This document shows positions 10,894-20,000 of a DNA stretch of 64,000 bases, piece after piece. The notes under the pieces were generated by a model, which worked only from the letters and a program-made list of their open reading frames with translations, searched no databases and was not told the DNA's origin. This DNA comes from an uncultured Chloroflexia bacterium (lineage in GTDB: Bacteria > Chloroflexota > Anaerolineae > UBA4142). Numbering within the stretch: position 1 is the stretch's first letter; every line of letters begins with the position of its first letter. The stretch covers positions 50,304-114,303 of the forward strand of contig CAVQYN010000031.1 in NCBI GenBank assembly GCA_963718225.1, written 5' to 3'. The translations under genes were made by a program, and so were the position numbers.

Positions 10894-11085
10894 CGTCATT
10901 CTGAGGCGCAAGTGTGCGCCGAAGAATCTCGCTCATTTCTTGGAAAAACGAGATGCTTCGCTCCCTGGCATGACTGTGGAGCACTGGCTGTGGGTAGTTC
11001 ACCACAGTCAACCACAGCCACGTTCCCGCCACACTAGTCCCCGAAGCGAAGCGGAGTGGGAGAGCAAGTGTCGCTCAGCATGACG
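10894..11085. repeat. MITE/REP-like element with terminal inverted repeats
   Basis: CGTCATTCTGAG at the left end is inverted as CTCAGCATGACG at the right end. Internal CTGTGG/CCACAG hairpins are present, and there is no ORF. Confidence 0.55.
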
Positions 11086-11103
11086 GATAAATCTTCGGCC
11101 AAT

Positions 11104-11997
11104 TCATTCGTCAAACAAAAAGACCGGTTCGGGATAGTAACGCACTCGTCGCTCGCGCATTTTTTCCGCCAGCCATTCCGCGAGCCACGCATTCTTTTCG
11201 TCCAGCGATTGCGCGGCTTGCAGAAATTCCAGCGGCAGATTGATGCGCATCGCGCGACCCGGGATGATGTGACGCGTGATGCCGGTCGGCAATTTACAGC
11301 CGTTGAGCGCAAGGTGCTGGATTTCGTCTGGACGATATCGCGGAAAAATGATCAGCGCGCTGAACCGTGCGTGTTCCGCAAGCAAGCGTTTCACTTCGGA
11401 ATGCGCGACGCGATGCAAGTCGCCGCGCCCTTCGTACAGCGCGACAACTTGATTCAGCAGTCGCGCTTGCTCAACAATCGACTCCGCGCCGAACAGCGAG
11501 AGCGCGTGTCCATCGGCGAGCACAACCGTGCCGATGCTTTCGCGCAGTGCCAGCGATTCGTTCGCTTGATCGATGGTTGCGACGTTGAGTTGCAACCCGG
11601 CGAGTTGGCGCAACGATTGCAGAAAACCGGACACGGACAAGCCGGTAATCAGATGATTCCAAGTTTCGAGAACGAGGCCGGGCGTTTTGTAATCGACGAT
11701 TTGCACGACCACATCGCGGCAACCAAGCCGCGCGAGTGCAGTTGTGCGCGTCGCGCCGTCGAGCAGAACGTAACGATGATCACACGGCGCGACAATCGGC
11801 GGATTTTTGAGCAAACGATCCGTGCCTAGTCGCACCGTGAGTTTGTCCACGCGATCACATTCCACTTGCTCGTGCAATAAAACATCGGCAAGCGGAACCA
11901 CGCGCAGCGTCAACGTGTCGCTATTATAGTCCAGAGGAAATGGAGAGTCAATTAGTTGCGGGGGCAAGAACTCGCCCCCGCGCATTGATTTAGGCAT
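11104..11997 (-). CDS. ParB/Srx (sulfiredoxin)-fold domain protein, possibly SerK-like
   Basis: ParB/Srx-like N-terminal block: VPLADVLLHEQVECDRV...NPPIV...YVLLDGATRTTAL. The start is placed at the Met overlapping the trpB2 stop by 8 nt (an alternative Met is at 11985). Confidence 0.6.
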   Translation of the reverse strand: MPKSMRGGEFLPPQLIDSPFPLDYNSDTLTLRVVPLADVLLHEQVECDRVDKLTVRLGTDRLLKNPPIVAPCDHRYVLLDGATRTTALARLGCRDVVVQIVDYKTPGLVLETWNHLITGLSVSGFLQSLRQLAGLQLNVATIDQANESLALRESIGTVVLADGHALSLFGAESIVEQARLLNQVVALYEGRGDLHRVAHSEVKRLLAEHARFSALIIFPRYRPDEIQHLALNGCKLPTGITRHIIPGRAMRINLPLEFLQAAQSLDEKNAWLAEWLAEKMRERRVRYYPEPVFLFDE

Positions 11998-13354
11998 TGA
12001 TCTTGGGCAAATCGGCAACGGCTTTCGCGACTTGTTCTTGCGGATATTCATAGTCTGGCAATTTACTATGCATGTAGGCTTCGTATCCGCCGAGATCGAA
12101 ATGTCCGTGCCCACTCAGATTGAACGCGATCACTTTTTTCTCGCCGCGCGCTTTGCATTGCAACGCTTCGTCGATGGCAACGCGAATCGCGTGCGATGAT
12201 TCCGGCGCGGGCAAGATTCCTTCCGCGCGCGCGAATTGAATCGCCGCGTCGAAGACAGAATTTTGCGGGACCGCAATTGCTTCGATGAACCCTTGATCGT
12301 ACAACGCGCTGATGATCGGCGCGACGCCGTGATAACGTAAACCGCCGGCGTGAATCGGCGCAGGCATGAACGACGAGCCGAGCGTGTGCATCTTGACGAG
12401 CGGCGTCATGTGTCCCGTGTCGCCAAAGTCGTACGTGTAGACGCCTTTCGTCAACGATGGCGCGGCAGTCGGCTCGACGGCGACGATGCGCGTCTTGCTC
12501 TTGTTCACGATTTTTTCGCGCACGAACGGCAGTGCAAATCCGCCAAAGTTCGATCCGCCGCCAACGCAAGCGATCAACATATCCGGCTCGACGCCGGCTT
12601 GATCAAATTGCTTTTGCGTTTCCAAGCCGATGATCGTTTGGTGCATCAAGACGTGGTTCAGCACCGAGCCGAGCGCATACTTGGTCGTCGGTTGATGCGT
12701 CGCGGCATCCTCGACCGCTTCGCTAATCGCGAGTCCGAGTGAGCCGGTGCAATCGGGGTCTTGCTCCAGCATATTCGCGCCGGCGTGCGTGTCCGGCGAC
12801 GGCGACGCGACAACACTTGCGCCGTACGTTTCCATCATGATGCGGCGGTACGGTTTTTGATCGTACGAGACGCGCACCATATACACTTTGCATTCCAAAC
12901 CGAAAATATTGCACGCAAACGATAACGCCGTGCCCCACTGCCCCGCGCCGGTTTCGGTGGACAACCGTTGCGTGCCTTCCATTTTGTTATAGTACGCTTG
13001 CGCAATCGACGTGTTGGTCTTGTGCGAACCGACGGGCGAGACGCCTTCGTACTTGAAATAGATTTGCGCCGGCGTGTCGAGGATTTTTTCCAACCGTCGT
13101 GCGCGAATCAGCGGTGAGGGGCGAAACATTTTGTACACATCGAGCACGGGCTCCGGAATTTCGATAAAGCGCTCCTGGCTCACTTCTTGCTTGATGAGTT
13201 CCATCGGAAAGAGCACAGCGAGGTCTTGCGGTCCAATCGGTTTGCCGGTGCCGGGATGCATCACCGGCGGCAAGGGTTTGGGCAAATCCGCCTGAATGTT
13301 GTACCACGCCTTGGGCATTTCGTTTTCGTCGAGCAAGAATTTAGTGCGGTCCAT
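11990..13354 (-). CDS. trpB: tryptophan synthase beta chain, stand-alone TrpB2 type
   Basis: The N-terminus MDRTKFLLDENEMPKAWYNIQADLP and PLP-fold motifs (GSHKTN, GGGSNFGG) are typical of TrpB2. GAGGAG RBS before ATG 13354. Confidence 0.9.
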   Translation of the reverse strand: MDRTKFLLDENEMPKAWYNIQADLPKPLPPVMHPGTGKPIGPQDLAVLFPMELIKQEVSQERFIEIPEPVLDVYKMFRPSPLIRARRLEKILDTPAQIYFKYEGVSPVGSHKTNTSIAQAYYNKMEGTQRLSTETGAGQWGTALSFACNIFGLECKVYMVRVSYDQKPYRRIMMETYGASVVASPSPDTHAGANMLEQDPDCTGSLGLAISEAVEDAATHQPTTKYALGSVLNHVLMHQTIIGLETQKQFDQAGVEPDMLIACVGGGSNFGGFALPFVREKIVNKSKTRIVAVEPTAAPSLTKGVYTYDFGDTGHMTPLVKMHTLGSSFMPAPIHAGGLRYHGVAPIISALYDQGFIEAIAVPQNSVFDAAIQFARAEGILPAPESSHAIRVAIDEALQCKARGEKKVIAFNLSGHGHFDLGGYEAYMHSKLPDYEYPQEQVAKAVADLPKINA

Positions 13355-13423
13355 TTCTATCTCCTCGTGTTTTGATTTCTCCAGAAAATTGGGTTGGCAC
13401 AACTCTTCAGGTCATACACCCTC

Positions 13424-13495
13424 CAGTCGTCAGTAATCAGTAGACAGTCGCCAGATAAACGATCGGCTTACTGCCTTTTGCCTACGGCTTACTGC
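13424..13495. repeat. heptad-periodic hairpin element (CAGTNNN family)
   Basis: Left arm CAGTCGT CAGTAAT CAGTAGA CAGTCGC CAG; right arm GGCTTACTGCCTTTTGCCTACGGCTTACTGC. The right arm overlaps the last codons and stop of trpS. Confidence 0.6.
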
Positions 13496-14489
13496 TTCTC
13501 CCCAGCCCCATCGCCTCGCGCGCTTGATCAACAGTCGCTTGCGAAATCGGGCGTACCTTTGCCGCGCCGGCCGCAAGAATTTCGTCGATGAGTTGCGGAC
13601 GCGCGAGATAGTATGCGCGCCGTTCGCGAATCGGATCGAGAAAAGTGTTGATGGCTTTTGCTAATTTCTTCTTCACTTCGACATCGCCAACTTGGCCTTT
13701 GCGATAGCGCGTTTTCAAATCCTCGACCTCCGCCTTGTCCGGGTTGAACTCAGCATGATAAGTGAAAACCGGATTGCCTTCCGGGTTCGCCGGAATGTCG
13801 GCGCGCACGCGCGTGGGATCGGTGTACATCGCGCGCACTTTTTGATCGACGGTCTTGGCATCGTCCGACAAGAAAATGGCATTGCCCAGGCTTTTCGACA
13901 TTTTGCCTTTGCCGTCGGTGCCGGGCAATGTCCCGCCGATGATCAGCGCGTCCGGTTCCGGGAAAACATCGCCGTAGAGAAAATTGAACCGCCGCGCGAG
14001 TTCGCGGGTTACTTCGATATGCGATTCTTGGTCCTTGCCGACCGGCACAAGATTGCCCTTGACGTGCAAAATGTCGGCGGCTTGCAACACCGGATAACCG
14101 AGCAAGCCGTACGCCGGCTGTTCGATGTGTTCGGCGTCCATGACTTCTTTAAGCGATGGCACGCGCTCCAAACGCGGCGTTGTGGTCAGCATCGAAAAGA
14201 GCAAATGCAATTCGCATACGCTCGGCACGTCGGATTGCACGTACACGGTCGTCTTGTTCGGATCGATGCCGACCGAAAGATAATCGAGCACAAGCGTGCG
14301 CGTGTGCCCGCGCGTCGCGACGATGTGCTCCTTGTCCTGCGTGCGCGTGAGCGCGTGATAATCGGCAACAAGTAGAAATACTTCGTACTCGTCCTGCAAG
14401 CGCACGCGGCTCGCGAGTGTACCAACATAATGCCCAAGATGCAATGCGCCCGTCGGTCGATCCCCGGTCAAGATTCTTCCTTTTTTCAT
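13482..14489 (-). CDS. trpS: tryptophan--tRNA ligase
   Basis: 335 aa; class I HIGH-type motif (ALHLGHY) and KMSKS. Confidence 0.95.
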   Translation of the reverse strand: MKKGRILTGDRPTGALHLGHYVGTLASRVRLQDEYEVFLLVADYHALTRTQDKEHIVATRGHTRTLVLDYLSVGIDPNKTTVYVQSDVPSVCELHLLFSMLTTTPRLERVPSLKEVMDAEHIEQPAYGLLGYPVLQAADILHVKGNLVPVGKDQESHIEVTRELARRFNFLYGDVFPEPDALIIGGTLPGTDGKGKMSKSLGNAIFLSDDAKTVDQKVRAMYTDPTRVRADIPANPEGNPVFTYHAEFNPDKAEVEDLKTRYRKGQVGDVEVKKKLAKAINTFLDPIRERRAYYLARPQLIDEILAAGAAKVRPISQATVDQAREAMGLGRSSKP

Positions 14490-14493
14490 TTTC

Positions 14494-14857
14494 TCACTCC
14501 TCCAAAATAAAAACGCTCATCCCCGCGCGATGAAAATCATCGCACACAGGGACGAGCGTTTGCCCGTGGTGCCACCCCAGTTAGACTTGCTACAAACAAA
14601 AATCCCTACCGTGAAACGATAGGGATTGTAGCCAGTCTCACTCTGCGAACACGCGGTTACACTTGTAACTTGAATGTCCTCTGCCTCGATAACGGGGGCG
14701 ATTCCGGAAAACCTTACTCGCTCATGCGCTTTGGGATTTTCAACTCCCCGGTCCATTCGCCATCGTCGTTTACATCGCGCTTGCACCACGTCCCGCGACT
14801 CGCTAGGTATTCGACGATAGGTACTCGTCCGGCTCAACGTCATTCTGCTTGATTGTT
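14494..14857 (-). promoter_or_regulatory. T-box leader, Trp (UGG) specifier, controlling trpS
   Basis: All motifs read on the minus strand. Stem I carries AGCGAG...GGTGCAA. The specifier loop is GAA-UGG-A (UGG at 14753-14755). The T-box core is AACTGGGGTGGCACCACGG (14564-14583). A terminator hairpin plus U-run lies at 14509-14560, just before the RBS. Confidence 0.85.
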
Positions 14858-14863
14858 AACCAG

Positions 14864-14892
14864 ACTATAACACGACAACATCAGGATGTCAA
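14864..14892 (-). promoter_or_regulatory. sigma70-type promoter for the T-box/trpS transcript
   Basis: TTGACA, 17-nt spacer, TATAGT on the minus strand. Confidence 0.55.
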
Positions 14893-15049
14893 ATCGATTT
14901 TGATTCTACGTGCGGCTTGTCCGCATGCGCCGCACGACATAGATCAACGCAACAAGCAACGCGGCGGCGAGAAGCAAAAGCCACTCATTGCCCATGCCGG
15001 TTTGCGGCAACTGTCCGCCGGTCGGTGTCCCACCACCGGGCACGACGGT

Positions 15050-15200
15050 GCCGGTTACAACACGCGTCCCGGTCACAACGGTCGTCGGTGTAAGCACACG
15101 CGTGCCGGTAACAATCGCCGTCGGTGTAACAACACGCGTGCCGGTAACAATCGCCGTCGGCGTAACGACCCGCGTGCCGGTGACAACAATTGTCATCGTT
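15050..15200. repeat. 36-nt tandem repeats (about 4 copies) inside the surface-protein gene
   Basis: Unit ACACGCGTGCCGGTAACAATCGCCGTCGGTGTAACA, repeated head to tail. Confidence 0.8.
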
Positions 15201-15296
15201 GGAAAGACAGTCCCGGTAATTGGACCAACCGGAATCACGGTTACGCCCGCGCCACCCGGCGGCAAAGTGGGAATGACGGTGCCTGAACCGGTTCCA

Positions 15297-15440
15297 CCGG
15301 AACCCGGCGTACCCGAGCCAGTCGTTGAACCGGAACCGGCGTACCCGAACCAGTTGTTGAGCCGGAGCCCGGCGTGCCAGAGCCAGTCGTTGAACCGGAA
15401 CCCGGCGTACCCGAACCGGTCGTCGAGCCCGGCGTCCCAG
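15297..15440. repeat. 33-nt tandem repeats (about 4.3 copies) inside the surface-protein gene
   Basis: Unit CCGGAACCCGGCGTACCCGAGCCAGTCGTTGAA. The second copy is 32 nt long, which is the frameshift. Confidence 0.8.
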
Positions 15441-15775
15441 GTCCAACAATCACCGGCACAAGCGTCGGCACATTTTCAGGTGTCGCCGTTGTCAACGCGA
15501 CCAAAGTTCCCGGCGCGACCACGCGCGCCGTCGGCGATCCCGCCGGCTTTGCCATTTGTTGCGTGGCAAACACCAAGCCCGCCGCAATCACGCCCAGGAT
15601 CAACAAGCCTGCCAAGCCAAGCAACAGCGAAATGAACAAACGGTTAGGTCCGTTGCCCACTTCACTGCTCGATTCAGTGATAAGTTCGCTACTTGAACGG
15701 CTAGACGATTCGCTACTGGATGAACTGCTCGATTTGTCTTCCATGGTCTCGTCTCCTTTACTCTATCATATCAGA

Positions 15776-16822
15776 TTATCCGATAATTTCCAAATTGTCC
15801 CAAGCTATGTGCACGCCTTTGCTTGATGCCAAGTCCACTTCTGCTCCCCAGATTTGAATTCCGCTCTCCGCTGTGCGCGGCAGAATGGGAATCGCCACGA
15901 TTTCACCGATTTCGCCGCGGTACGCGCCGCCGATCACGCGCACCCTTGCATCGATTTGGGCGACTAACGCCGGCGCCGGTGCACTTGCGCCAATCGATGG
16001 AATGAACACATCCGGGCGCATTGTTCCCGGCGCGTTGAGAATCGCTTCTGCGCCATCGTGTGCCGCGAGCAAATCGAAAATCGGCGAGGCGATGGCACGC
16101 GTGCCCCAACCTTCGGTCATCAGCACCGGCAATTTCAACTGCTCGATTAACGTGCGTGTCTCCAATCCGCCAACGATTAGCCCAGCGCAACGTTCCTGCG
16201 CCAATCGATGCAATGCCGCATCGGTAACACCGCCGGCAACAACAATTGCTCCACGCACCGCCGCATCGATTTTACGCTCGCTCAACATTTCCCCGGGTGC
16301 GTTCACCATTTTTCTGAGCAAGCCAAAACACTCGCCGCCGATGCCCCACACGCCTTGCGCCAACGCGCCGGTCGCTTCGATGACGACGCCCATTTGCGGA
16401 ATCACGTTGATGACTTGACCACGATACAGCGCGCGCAGCTCGAACGGCGGTTGCGCAAGTTCCAGCGCGAGCCACGCGCCGCGCAGCGCAATCAATCGTC
16501 CCGCGCCCGGCGCACGATACAAGCGCCGTCGTCCAATTTTTTGCGGCACCGCCGCAAGGATCTCATCGCGCCGAAACGCTTCGCCCGGTTGTTTGCGTAA
16601 AAATTCCGGCAATCGATTTGCCGGCTCGCGCAAAATTGTTGCGAGCGGCACGACGATTGAATTTTCCAGTGCCTCGGTTCGCGCGACGACATCCAGCGCG
16701 CCCACCCGACTGCCAATCGACGCGAGGACCGTGCCGCGCGCCGGCAACAAACGCTCGCGGCGAATGCGCGCGGAAGTCAGCACGCGCGTCTGCGCCAACT
16801 GCGGAATAAAGGCGTCAGGCAT
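15776..16822 (-). CDS. hypothetical protein, operon partner of the GlmL-like protein
   Basis: 348-aa ORF; its ATG overlaps the upstream stop by 8 nt. KOW-like C-terminal segment (RVIGGAYRGEIGEIVAI). No family recognised. Confidence 0.6.
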   Translation of the reverse strand: MPDAFIPQLAQTRVLTSARIRRERLLPARGTVLASIGSRVGALDVVARTEALENSIVVPLATILREPANRLPEFLRKQPGEAFRRDEILAAVPQKIGRRRLYRAPGAGRLIALRGAWLALELAQPPFELRALYRGQVINVIPQMGVVIEATGALAQGVWGIGGECFGLLRKMVNAPGEMLSERKIDAAVRGAIVVAGGVTDAALHRLAQERCAGLIVGGLETRTLIEQLKLPVLMTEGWGTRAIASPIFDLLAAHDGAEAILNAPGTMRPDVFIPSIGASAPAPALVAQIDARVRVIGGAYRGEIGEIVAIPILPRTAESGIQIWGAEVDLASSKGVHIAWDNLEIIG

Positions 16823-18473
16823 TTTCGGTCTCTAGAGCGACGCCCATGTCGCGATGCCAACGCCGGGTCTGTTCGCGCGTCGGTTCGGCAATCGGTCGTC
16901 CGCGCGCGTCAATGATAATGCCCAGCATTCCACCTTCGATTTCGGCTTTGAACACCCCGCGATGCGCCTGCGCTAATTGAGCCTCGCCAAATAATTTCAC
17001 TTCGATGTGCGCGCGTTCGCCGGATGCCAGAGGAATCAATTCCAGTGCGCCATGTTGCACATCGATGGTTTGCTCCGAGTTGATCTGCACTCGCAAATCA
17101 ATTTGCCCATCGGCGTTGCCGGAAACCGGCGCGATGACCGTGCCCAGCGTCATAAAACTTTCGCGTTCGATGATTTGCGCCGCCGCTAACGCATTCACAC
17201 TTTCGATACCACCAAATGCCGGCGCGAGTCCTAGCGTATCGACAGCAAGGGTGAAAACGCCGCTGGGTTGCAAACCATCGAGCACGATGAGCGCGAGCGC
17301 CCCCACATCCGCGTTGTGCGCGAACACGCCGCCGGTCGCCACAACCAAATCGAACCCTTCGTCGTCGATATTTTGCGCAATCGATGCAAGCGCGAGGCGC
17401 GCGGCAGATTGTATGAGCCGCAAGTCATCACATGTGGTGGGCAAGGTCGTCGGGCGCAAAGATCGATTCAAGCAAAACGTTTGAACGTCGTGCGCATCAA
17501 TTTCGATTGGCAACCAACTTTGCAATCGCGCGACACCGGTTTGCGCGAGCAAGTTTTCCATTCCGGCGCCCAAACCCAGATTCGATTTCACATGCCGCGT
17601 CAGCACATCACCGCGCGCAGTAATGAGCATCGTAGTGCTTGCGCCAACGTCCGCACCAAGAACGCTAATGCCGTATTTGCGTGCAAGATGGCGCACGACG
17701 TTCTCAAACGCTTGCGTCGCCGACACTATCGGTGCGTTCGTTTGGCTCGCGAGCATAGTCACGCCGGGCAACCACTTGACTTTGCGCTCGAGATACAGCG
17801 TTTGCAATTCGCCTTGCAACGCGCTCAAGTTCTCAAGTTCGAGCGCGGAGCGCACATTGTCCGCCATCCGCAACATTGTAACTTGCCCAAGCCGCGCGGC
17901 AATTTCCGGACGCGCATCCTTGTTCCCGGCGAAAATAACGATCGGGCGGGCGCGTTCATCACGCATCGTGAGCCATACGGCGATTTGATCCGCTACGTCG
18001 TACACACGCGTCGTCGCGCCGCCATCGACGCCGCCGACCAACACAATCACTTCTGGATTAGCGGCGGCAAGCGAATCGACAAGATTCGCCACATCGTCAA
18101 GCGCGAGCGCCGCGACGCTTTCGCAATTCGTCGCATCGAGCGCGCGCAACGCACTCGCCACGCCGATGTCGCGCGTCAAACCGATAATCGCCACGCGCAA
18201 CGGCGGCGCGCTTGCAACAATCGACATCGCGTCCGCGCCGGTTCGCCCAACCAACATTTGCCCGTCGTCGGTCAGCAAACGATGACCGATACGCGCCTGA
18301 ATCTCGCGCATCGCGGAGCGCGCGCTTGCCATCACATCCGGCGGACCGAAATCAGAAGTGATTGATCTGCCGCCGGCGACGAAGCGATATTCGCCATCAA
18401 TCGATTTGATTAACGCGACGCGCGTGTACGCGCTTCCGACATCGACGGCGAGAAGGGTTTGCGGTTCCGCCAT
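16815..18473 (-). CDS. glutamate mutase L (GlmL/MutL)-like ASKHA-fold protein
   Basis: 552 aa; N-terminal phosphate-1 type motif LLAVDVGSAYTRVAL and later GADVGASTT / VATGGVF blocks typical of the GlmL family. Confidence 0.7.
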   Translation of the reverse strand: MAEPQTLLAVDVGSAYTRVALIKSIDGEYRFVAGGRSITSDFGPPDVMASARSAMREIQARIGHRLLTDDGQMLVGRTGADAMSIVASAPPLRVAIIGLTRDIGVASALRALDATNCESVAALALDDVANLVDSLAAANPEVIVLVGGVDGGATTRVYDVADQIAVWLTMRDERARPIVIFAGNKDARPEIAARLGQVTMLRMADNVRSALELENLSALQGELQTLYLERKVKWLPGVTMLASQTNAPIVSATQAFENVVRHLARKYGISVLGADVGASTTMLITARGDVLTRHVKSNLGLGAGMENLLAQTGVARLQSWLPIEIDAHDVQTFCLNRSLRPTTLPTTCDDLRLIQSAARLALASIAQNIDDEGFDLVVATGGVFAHNADVGALALIVLDGLQPSGVFTLAVDTLGLAPAFGGIESVNALAAAQIIERESFMTLGTVIAPVSGNADGQIDLRVQINSEQTIDVQHGALELIPLASGERAHIEVKLFGEAQLAQAHRGVFKAEIEGGMLGIIIDARGRPIAEPTREQTRRWHRDMGVALETENA

Positions 18474-18474
18474 T

Positions 18475-19128
18475 TCATCGCACCACGTTTAGCCAATCGT
18501 GCAAAAGAAAATAAACGCGGCTAATCAAAATCGAAACGCGCGACACGGCGGTATCAGCAAAGATCGCGCCGAACGCGATGAGAATGAACCACCGCCCGAC
18601 GACACTCCACGCTTGCGCGATCACACCGAGTCCGCGCGCAAAACCTTGCTTGGGCAAAACGATAAAGCGAAACGAGAGCAACGCGCCAAGCGTTCCGATG
18701 ACGAGCAAAAAATTATCGACGATGACGTTCCACTCTTGCGCCGGCGCAAACGACACGATGGTCGCTTGCAACTGTGGCACCAACACGCCGCTCAACGCGC
18801 CACCGATTGCCAGTGCGCCGCCAACGCCGAACAACAACGCGACACTGGGATTGCCAAGCGATGACGATGCCGGATGCAATTTGGCAAACAAGAGCAGACC
18901 CAGGAACAATGGCACAAACAAACTCCAATTGCTGGCGGGATTCGTCAGCAACGGCGCGGCGAGGAGCGGAATCAGCACGGAGCGAATCGCGACGGTTGCG
19001 GCGTAACCAATCGTCACACCGACGAGAATTGCCTGCGCGATGCGAAACAGCGGCGAATCGCCGAGGAGATAACTGAAGACCAACAGCGTCAGAATCGCGC
19101 CGACCCACACGCCAATCAAATCATTCAT
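18475..19128 (-). CDS. integral membrane protein (hypothetical)
   Basis: 217 aa with about 6 TM helices; separated by 1 nt from the next gene and overlapping the previous one by 8 nt. Confidence 0.65.
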   Translation of the reverse strand: MNDLIGVWVGAILTLLVFSYLLGDSPLFRIAQAILVGVTIGYAATVAIRSVLIPLLAAPLLTNPASNWSLFVPLFLGLLLFAKLHPASSSLGNPSVALLFGVGGALAIGGALSGVLVPQLQATIVSFAPAQEWNVIVDNFLLVIGTLGALLSFRFIVLPKQGFARGLGVIAQAWSVVGRWFILIAFGAIFADTAVSRVSILISRVYFLLHDWLNVVR

Positions 19129-19942
19129 GGTTGCCCGTCATCCGCGAAAACCAAAATACAAGCGTGCCGAAAATTGCAAGCCCCGCCAACAACAATTGCG
19201 CCGCGCTCTGCGCGTTGACGCTGATCATCGCCAAGCCCGGCTGATTCGTCAGCACTTGGTCCTGCGCCGCGCCGACCAATCCGCTCACCATCGCTGCCAA
19301 TTGTTTGCTCGGTGTGTCGTGATACGCGCGCGCGCGCGGCTCGACCGATGCGCTGACGCCGGCAACAATCGGCACGCCGACACGCGGACCCACTTGTTCC
19401 ATCCACGCTTTGAGCGCATCGTCCGAGCCGGCAAGTTCGATCACGAGCCGCACATCGCGCAATGTGCGAACATTCTGCGTTGCCGGGAAAATTGCCAGCG
19501 GCTGATTCAAAACCCAATCGCGCGGAATAGTTGACAAGCCGGTCGTCGCGAGATTTGCCAACCCGGCTTCGCGCCCAGGCAGATAACCCAGGTTCACATA
19601 GTTCGCGCCGTAAGTATAGTTCTTGGCATCGCGCACAATTTCGTCCAGGACGCGCCGCGCAATCGGCGCGCCGGTGTCGAGCGTACTGAGCGCAATCACA
19701 TTGACGCGGCGTTGCACGAGATGACGCGCAATCGACTTGGCAATCAAATCCATTTCGCCGACTTGACTCGGATCGTAATCGAACGACACGATGACAACAG
19801 AATTCGCCGGCAGTGTTTGCAGCGTATCGAAAAACTCGGCCGCGGGCGTTCCGGCAATCGACAAGCCGGAACTCGCCCAATCCGTCGGAATAAAAAAGGG
19901 CACCAGCACGGCGAGCAACAAAAGCCAATAGATCGATTTCAT
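19121..19942 (-). CDS. membrane-anchored protein with N- and C-terminal TM helices (hypothetical)
   Basis: 273 aa; MKSIYWLLLLAVLVPFF... and ...LLLAGLAIFGTLVFWF flank a soluble domain. Confidence 0.6.
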   Translation of the reverse strand: MKSIYWLLLLAVLVPFFIPTDWASSGLSIAGTPAAEFFDTLQTLPANSVVIVSFDYDPSQVGEMDLIAKSIARHLVQRRVNVIALSTLDTGAPIARRVLDEIVRDAKNYTYGANYVNLGYLPGREAGLANLATTGLSTIPRDWVLNQPLAIFPATQNVRTLRDVRLVIELAGSDDALKAWMEQVGPRVGVPIVAGVSASVEPRARAYHDTPSKQLAAMVSGLVGAAQDQVLTNQPGLAMISVNAQSAAQLLLAGLAIFGTLVFWFSRMTGNHE

Positions 19943-20000
19943 AAATTCAGGTGCGGGACGCTTCGCGACGCGCCTTCCCCCTTGGTGGTAAAATCTAGGT

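Larger units (their letters stand above)
14906..15744 (-). pseudogene. LPXTG-anchored repetitive surface protein, 1 frameshift
   Basis: Ser-rich N-terminus plus a TM helix, GSGSTTGSGTP repeats and TGTRVVTPTAIV repeats. The C-terminus is LPQTG + hydrophobic stretch + RRMR. One base is missing in a C/G run near 15336. Confidence 0.6.

Noticed and set aside
15050-15440. Possible CRISPR array or other spacer-repeat structure in the periodic regions
   Set aside because: The repeats are contiguous (no spacers), in frame and encode peptide repeats. The heptad elements elsewhere are far too short. There are no cas genes.
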